From Chrysomallon squamiferum (taxonomy: Eukaryota; Animalia; Mollusca), in assembly GCA_012295275.1 (NCBI GenBank), contig CM022670.1:3162001-3226000 (forward strand): a DNA stretch of 64,000 bases. The letters run 5' to 3'. Below are positions 44,581 through 64,000 of this stretch, in pieces; within the stretch, counting starts at the first letter, position 1; every line of letters begins with the position of its first letter. Under the pieces are notes generated by a model that saw only the letters and a list, made by a program, of their open reading frames with translations, ran no database searches and was not told the origin of the DNA. A program made the position numbers and the translations under genes.

Positions 44581-46873
44581 AATTCTTTGCTATTTTAAGT
44601 TTTTTGTCATAGATTTATAATTTACTATTACACTTTTATACCAAAAGAAAAGGAAAAGAAAATGAATACATGTTTAGTGATTTTTGCTAAAACTGTTATA
44701 TTGAATATTACATATAAAAACCAATATACAAATTAATGTTTTCTGTCAAGATTTACAATTTACTATTACAGATTCATACAAAAAACAAAAGAAAATGAAC
44801 ATATATTTAAGTGATTTTTATCAAAACTCATATTCAATATTACATATAAAATGCAATATTCAAATTAATGTTTTCTGTCAAGATTTACAATTTACTATTA
44901 CAGTTTCGCATAGAAAGGAGAAGCCAGTCATTACATGTCTTTTAGAGCTTGCTAGACTAGGATATAAATATGGCCTTGAGCCGCCTGCTATTATAAAACT
45001 GGAGGAAGAGATTGAAGAAGAGAATGAGGTGGTTGAATCTTCTGTAAAAGAGGAAGTCAGCGAATCTTTCACAAAAAGACCTCAGACTGGAAGAAAAACG
45101 CCTTCCAAAAAAATCAGTCTTGATGCAGAAGTATGATGTTTGATGGAATCTTCTTTCTTTTTTTCTTAAATTAAATGAATGCTTATTATTATGTATTGAA
45201 GAAAAAATTAGCAGAAATTTGTTTTTAATATTTCTTTAATTTATCTACAAAATATTTATTTTAAAAATTTCATTTATGTAACACATTTAAGATTTTTGAT
45301 GGAATAATTTTTGTTGTTTTTTAAAATTAGATAAACGTTATTATATTAAACCAAAAAAATGTCAGAAAATTAGCTAAAATTTCTTTTATATTTCTTTAAT
45401 CTGTACTACAAAATAATTATTTAAAGAATTCAAATATAATATAAATTGATAATATAAACATAATACACACTTGGTGTTACAATTAATCTAAATCTTGTTT
45501 ATTATTTTTCATTGTTAATTTTACTTCAGTTTTTAAATGATGAATTTGTTAGTTAAAATAAATAGTTATTAAATATCTAACCATTCAAAATACAGTTAAA
45601 AACAAAAAAATATGTAAAAGACTCAACACAAGATTATTTGATATTTTCACTTCTTATAATTAATTATTTTACTTACAATTACTGTCTTTCAGTTACTAGC
45701 TAAAGAAAAAATGAAGCATCATGATTTTCAAATATTAATTTTGTTATTATTGTTGTTGTTGTTAATTCTACTACTACTACTACCACCACTACAGCTACTA
45801 CTCTACTTTAATTATCATTATTATTATTATTACAGGATGTTTTCTTTTTGCAATTATATTGTTTTTCAATATTAATTACGATTGTGTAGGTGAAGAATAT
45901 GGCCAGAAAGTGTCACTGTGAAGAAAATGTCAAGAGGATAAGAGAAGGATTTTACAATATTTTTGGAAAGACAATCTTTATCAGGGTATAGCATCCTCAG
46001 TTACATTTTTCCTTTCATCTAATTTTATTAACAAAATTCAGTGTGAAATGAGGCATTTATCTATGAACCTGTATTTGGAAACAATTATTTATCTGACTTT
46101 AAGTTTTGCATTAATTTTCGAATGTTTTTTTATAAAAACATTTGGAAAATTTCTTGAACAAAGTTCTGATAATTTTATTTTTGACAGTTAATGATGGATA
46201 CAGAGATAGTTTATTAATAATTGGTATAATCAGTAAAAATCAAATAAAAAGTAGGTCAGAGAAATTTTAGCTTGTTTCTTTTTCTTTTTGTTCTTTTTTC
46301 TATTTTTTTAATAAAAAGTTTTAAATTAATAATGTACTGATATAACATTTTAAATGTTACATTTTATTTTGTTGTTGTTAATTCATAGACATATAATATA
46401 AATTCCCTGTCTATGGGAAGATGCTTAGAAAAGAATAAATTAATAAATAAATAAAAATAATAATAAATATGAAAAAAATATTCCAGTTTATGGAAAGATT
46501 GGTACAAAAAAATGAATGAATGAATGAATGAATAAAAATATTAACCAAAAAAGTAAATAACAAAAATTATAATAAATAATAATAACAAAAAAAAAACCTG
46601 TTAAAATAGCAAAAACAACTGTTCACATCATAAAATTATCGGACTGTTATGACACATTTAGTTTTTACGTGATCTGTGTGTGTGTTTCAGCTGCTCAACG
46701 ACAGACACTTAATGGTGCGTGTTGGAGGAGGGTGGAACACTCTGCAGCACTACCTGATTCATCACAACCCTCTCCAGGTTTTTGTCTTCAGCAAATCTGA
46801 CAGTCACGATAATGTTCTAGAGAATGTCGGTGGAGATCAGTTTCTGTACATCAAAGCTAAGTACAAATCCTGA
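43136..46873 (+). CDS. GAS2: Growth arrest-specific protein 2-like (calponin homology + GAR domain), complete, 301 aa
   Basis: Exons 43136-43271, 43740-43861, 44346-44487, 44904-45130, 45890-45985, 46691-46873 join in frame (906 nt). Motifs LKEDLVVWL, GSWFARDNIANFLGWC, LFETEDLV, CLLELAR, HLMVRVGGGW. Short, tail-less form fits GAS2 better than GAS2L1-3. Confidence 0.9.
43740..43861 (+). CDS. GAS2: GAS2 coding exon 2
   Basis: EIEVTVETLMDVLANGGQLCRLA; cag/gtatgt. Confidence 0.9.
44346..44487 (+). CDS. GAS2: GAS2 coding exon 3
   Basis: CNMQAKPGSWFARDNIANFLGWC...LFETEDL. Confidence 0.93.
44611..44903 (+). repeat. ~135-bp tandem duplication covering the GAS2 intron 3 acceptor
   Basis: agattta(c/t)aatttactattaca(g/c) at 44611, 44749, 44881, with similar sequence between. 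Confidence 0.88.
44904..45130 (+). CDS. GAS2: GAS2 coding exon 4
   Basis: VSHRKEKPVITCLLELARLGYKYGLEPPAIIKLEEEIE...LDAE. Confidence 0.92.
45890..45985 (+). CDS. GAS2: GAS2 coding exon 5 (GAR N-half)
   Basis: VKNMARKCHCEENVKRIREGFYNIFGKTIFIR; tag/gtatag. Confidence 0.9.
46691..46873 (+). CDS. GAS2: GAS2 terminal coding exon (GAR C-half)
   Basis: LLNDRHLMVRVGGGWNTLQHYL...KYKS*. Confidence 0.93.
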   Translation: MLNDRHLMVRVGGGWNTLQHYLIHHNPLQVFVFSKSDSHDNVLENVGGDQFLYIKAKYKS

Positions 46874-48783
46874 AACAGTCCTTTGTTCAGTTGTAAAATA
46901 ATTTACATGTAAATAATTATCATTTAGGTTAATTAAATACTCTGATATAGTCCTATGTTAAAATGTAAAATAACTGACAGTAATTAAGTTCCAGGCCAAA
47001 TCATTCCAAATACCAGTTCCTTTTTGTCAAAGTTTTTCGAGTGATGGAAGAAAACAATTGTTTTAGATTACAAAAATTACATTACAGTTGACATTTAGTA
47101 AATAAATCTAACAGAAAATCAGGAGAACAGAAATAAATCAGTGTGCATCAAAAAATGTGATAAAAAATGCAGATTGTTGTGATATATGTATATATGTATA
47201 TGTTTGCCTTGTTGGTTGTTTGAAAAATAGTATTAACTAAAATTTAATATATTTTATTTTTTTAACTTTTGTTTTATTACATAAATCATACGGGTATTTT
47301 TAACATTCCAGTAAATTAACATGTATATTTTTATGTACATACAAGTTGCTGTATACAGAGGAGTGTACTGAAGTACTTAATATTATTAAATCTTTGCCTT
47401 ACTTTAGTGAACAGTTGTGTTTTATGAACGGTGCAGTGTATTAGTACCTGTCTTGTGATGTTCTGGTTGAGTGATACTTTTGAACTGAATTTGTTTATAA
47501 GTGTTGTGATCTTTCAAAAAATATTTACTACTTAGAATATTACATTTTATATTACATTATTAATTTATTTTTTTGTTTTTGTTATTGTTGGTTTAATTCA
47601 TAAAAATAAACCCCAAAACTTGCTTGTTTGAAGGAAGATGTTTATATTAAAAAAAAAAAAAATAATAAAATGGCTTATTCTGAATGTAAACTGTATTAGA
47701 TATTGCTTTTTGGTTCATGAACCAGGTTGAATTTGGGCACCAAATTGGTGAAGGTATCCAATATAAACTTTTAATTGTTGTGGTTTCTGAAGTGTCCAGT
47801 TTGGTTCACTTACAGTGTGAATGATGGGATGGCTATGGACTGTGTAGTCTTGTTCATTTTTTTATTTTTAGCATTGCAATGTCAAGCATTTTGATATATG
47901 CAGTCTTGGGACTCACTAGTTTGACAATCATTCCCAACAATATTGTGGTTATAATGTTGTAACACAAGTGCATGGGTTTCAGACCATTTCAAGATACTTT
48001 CAAAAGACTGTTCTGTTTCACGTGGTAGACTTTTCCATCTGTGAAATCGGTTTTCTGGACAAAATCATACATGATTTACTCATCTGGAATTGTGGTGATT
48101 AAAGTATTCAAATGAAATGTGTCTAAAGTTACATTCAGCTAAATATCTTATCATTAATTAATAAGACAGGAGAGAAATATGTTATCTGTTTTGTCAGTGA
48201 TCAAATGGGAAGTGAATGTTAATTGTAGCTAACCCAAGATTAAGAATAATGTTAAAAACATACCATGATAGAAGCACTGGCATGAAACCACTTTTCAAAT
48301 GCATTTGCATTAAGTATTATTGTAAAACAAATATGTGGATTGTTTCTTTTATGTTATAAATACCTGAATTTTCTTGTAACAATTTCCACATTTAGAAAAC
48401 AGCTAAATTAATATAAAATTAATATAAAATGGGTGAAGAATTCAATTCTTGTTTCTCTCTGCAAAGTAAATATTCTTTTACTAAACTTTGAAGTAAATGT
48501 TAAAAATAAAAAAGTAACTGTGATATTTGTATTAGAATTTGCTTGTTGTATATATCAAGAAATAACAAACTGTATTACATTTTGACATATTAGGGACTAT
48601 ATCCTATATGATATACTAATGTTATATTCTAAACATGTTTTTAAATATATACTTATATATTTTCGAAGATTTTTTTTCTTGTACATTTTGTAAATTATTT
48701 ATTATTTGCATTTTCGTGTGTTTGGGTAAGCTGTATTATTATATATGTTTATTATGACTGTAACTTAAAAGTATATTTTACTA

Positions 48784-48789
48784 ATTAAA
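48784..48789 (+). terminator. Candidate GAS2 polyadenylation signal (ATTAAA + GU-rich downstream element)
   Basis: ATTAAA followed about 15 nt later by ttggtttttgttttgtttgg. Confidence 0.35.
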
Positions 48790-48992
48790 GTATTACTGGC
48801 ATTGGTTTTTGTTTTGTTTGGATTATTTTATGGTTTTTTATTATTATTATTTTTTTTTTCTGCATTTCTCGTGTTTTTGTTATTTTAATTATCCCTATCA
48901 ACACTTCCAGCAAAAATTTATTTCATTTATGAACTGAACAATTTTATTACTCTTGTTAATTAATAAACAAAACACTTCAAAATGTTTATACA

Positions 48993-48998
48993 TTTATT
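48993..48998 (-). terminator. Candidate TAF1 polyadenylation signal (AATAAA + GU-rich downstream element)
   Basis: Minus-strand AATAAA followed by gtgttttgtttatt. Confidence 0.4.
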
Positions 48999-49487
48999 TA
49001 CATCACAAATATACATAGATTAACTAAACCAAGATGAAGATTTACACCAAAGACTACAGCATTAAAACTTGTGCCTGCACAAGAAGATAAACTTAACATG
49101 AATACTGAAAGTTTTTATTATTCCAGATGTAGAAAAACAAACAAGTGTTTGTTCAATGACCACTCCACACATATTTGTGTTAAACATGATTTTGTTATAA
49201 AAGTATAAGAAAAACACAGTGATAGAATCTTTTCATACTAAGGATCCATTTCATTTCATACTTAAATAAATCATTAATCATTTGTTGATTTTTATATTAT
49301 TTTAATTATATTTTTACATGGTTCAGCTTACACATTCCTAAATTTAATAAAAATATATAAAAAAATAAATAAAAAAATACATGCAGATTATCTGTATCAG
49401 CTATATTTGAAATATAAATGAATCCATATTCTGACTAAGATTCAATTCTCAGGTTATCCATTATGTTCCCATATGCCCCAACTTCTT

Positions 49488-49534
49488 AAATCTGAAACAC
49501 TTTTGGTCCCAAGCATTTCAGGTAAAGAATCCTG
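49488..49534 (-). mobile_element. Tigger-like terminal fragment in the inferred TAF1 3' UTR
   Basis: Reverse complement reads ta|caggattctttacctgaaatgcttgggaccaaaagtgtttcagattt, the same family as the 62007/62111 copies. Confidence 0.55.
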
Positions 49535-50294
49535 TACAATGTATTTTTGAAGAAGACTGATAGTTTCACTCACTGACTCTGAAAGGATTGCTAAACTGTC
49601 TTAAATAAATGATTATGTACAAGAAATAGTAATAGAAAACCTGAACCAGCAGGCAAAATGGATGTGATGTATCCCTTCTCTTTCTTTCTGACACAACTAT
49701 GAAATTTATACATTATGGATATTAATCACCAAGTATTCATCCAGTGTAACTTTTTAAAGACTCATCACAAGTATTCTCTATCACCAAACAAACAAACACT
49801 GTAACAGAACTTGATAATGTGGATATTTCTTCGTTCATAATTTTCAAAAATACTCCTCCAAATCAGAATTTGTACACATTCTGAAAATGCATAGTAATCA
49901 AAAATACAACATAGAATTTTTGTGTTCCTTGATTTTCTTTTTTTTAAACTTTCATTTCAAATAAATACTTCTCAAAAACAAAAATCATTAATTCTTGATA
50001 GTGTTTTTACCACAACTGTTCAAAGAAATAAAATACCTGGAGACAATCATCAGAATTCTCTTTAACATTTAATCTTTTTCCACAGCAACATTCATCCAAA
50101 ACAAAAAGATCTAAGCAATCTTTTCCACAATATTCAAGACATGAAAAAGACAGCTAAAGACATCACATCTAGCTTAATTTTTTCAAAATAAAAACCTCAT
50201 TCCAATCTTTCAGATACAAATCTCCTCATTCTTTTTGCAACTTGTAAAGACAACTATCAAAACTACCAAGTCTAGAATAGTTTCCCCTTCACTT

Positions 50295-62522
<12,228 letters not shown>

Positions 62523-64000
62523 CTAAAATAAAGGTAAGACATGATTAGACAATAAATAAATAAATAAATAAATAAATATATAAATAATGGTGATGATCAT
62601 GATGATCATCATAGCAGTAGTAATAACAATAATAATAATTATCATGTGTGTGGTCTTTAAAACCTACATTTTGTTATCTGTAATCTTTTAATATGACTTG
62701 ACATCTGGCAAAAAAAATAATTGAATCATTAAAAACAAGGTAATATATTAAAGAAAAAGAGAGAGAGAGAGAAAAAAATAAAAGCTAACTGTTATATAAA
62801 AGCAATGTCATTACAAAATGTGACAAAACAGGGTTTTATTATACAAAATTATAACTTACTATTAAATATATTTCAAAATAACAAAAAAACAGAGGCTTTC
62901 TGATCCAGATTTGAGTGCTAGAACATATACTGATTAAAATTAGTGAAAATAAGTTGCTCAGTGTTGTATACAGAGAACAACATAACACGTTCTGCTAAAG
63001 ACTGTGATTCCAAGTCTTTTCATCAATAAACAATTAGATCAGGATATGAATGCCCCAAAAAACAAAAAAACAAACTATAACAATTATAAACAAAGAAAAT
63101 CATTCTAAGAATAAACTAATTAAAACTGAAATTACAATTCAGTTAGATCTCAACATATTATGAAAAATTATTGAAAAATACAAAACAAATTAAAACACAT
63201 GAGAAATATAATTTACAGTATTATAATATGAGAAAATTAAATTTCAAGATTTCTGCAAAATGAATTATTTCAAGTGGAAAATTAAACATTTAAAAAAAAA
63301 ATATGTGGCAATCAGTAGCATAACTAATGTATGGCAGGTATGCCCTGGGTGCCAGTGAGCATGTTTTATTAAACATGAATGCTAATTTTGAGCTGATTTT
63401 ATGATAGTTATCTGAAACATGGGTTTAAGACATTTGGTCAAGAGTGCAGTAGGTTCTATTTTCTACAGATATACCACTGGTGGCAAGTCTAGCTATTGAT
63501 ATCAATTTTTTATGCCTGTTCAAATTTAAATTTCAAAAACAAACAAACAAACAAAACATATCTAACTGACCTCTGAAATTAAACATTATAACTTGTATTT
63601 TTATATGTTCAAAAATATATAATAATTTAGTATCGAAAGTGACCGACTTTCAATCTAATTTAAAATCAAACAAAACAAAATCATGTAATTTCCCAATAAA
63701 ATATTTATCTAATTATGTTAATTAAAAGGGCATTTTTAATGAAAGAATGACACATCTTTAGCTTTTAAATAAATCTTCCAAAAGACAGGACTTCACATAC
63801 CACACATTTCTCTAAGTACAGAACAGGATCATGGCTAGGCTGAGAAACAAATGAATGCTAAACTACTGAACAACAGACCAGTCACAAATGAAAAATTGAA
63901 ATAATTTAATATCAACACGTTTTTCTATTAATCTCAAAGGTCATCATGATCTTAAATTCAAAACAAATTATAATAATAATTTAAACAAATAAATAAAATA

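Noticed and set aside
49502-49510. miR-133-like seed tttggtccc and other miRNA seed matches
   Set aside because: Match does not extend to a mature miRNA or hairpin; this one lies in a transposon end

Overview
AT-rich, microsatellite-dense animal genomic DNA with spliceosomal genes (invertebrate; a mollusc is my guess, not proven). Three protein-coding genes can be spliced together by hand. (1) A complete NO-sensitive soluble guanylate cyclase beta-1 (GUCY1B1-like, minus strand, 8 coding exons, 38273-21516, 615 aa). (2) A complete GAS2-like CH+GAR protein (plus strand, 6 coding exons, 43136-46873, 301 aa), head-to-head with sGC-beta1. (3) The 3' part of TAF1 (minus strand, 19 exons, 62522-50295; zinc knuckle, two bromodomains, acidic tail), tail-to-tail with GAS2; its 5' exons lie beyond the window. 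I found no intact gene in 1-21 kb. Best observations: an inverted ~94%-identical copy of the sGC catalytic exon plus its acceptor 5.3 kb downstream of the stop (possible dsRNA/editing partner); a GC-AG intron and one 973-nt fused exon in sGC; a duplicated in-frame splice acceptor in GAS2; an apparent 1-nt frameshift in TAF1; a perfect DR5 element in an ETS cluster; hAT and Tigger-like DNA transposon relics. Most ORFs in the supplied track are microsatellite artefacts. No prokaryotic systems are present.
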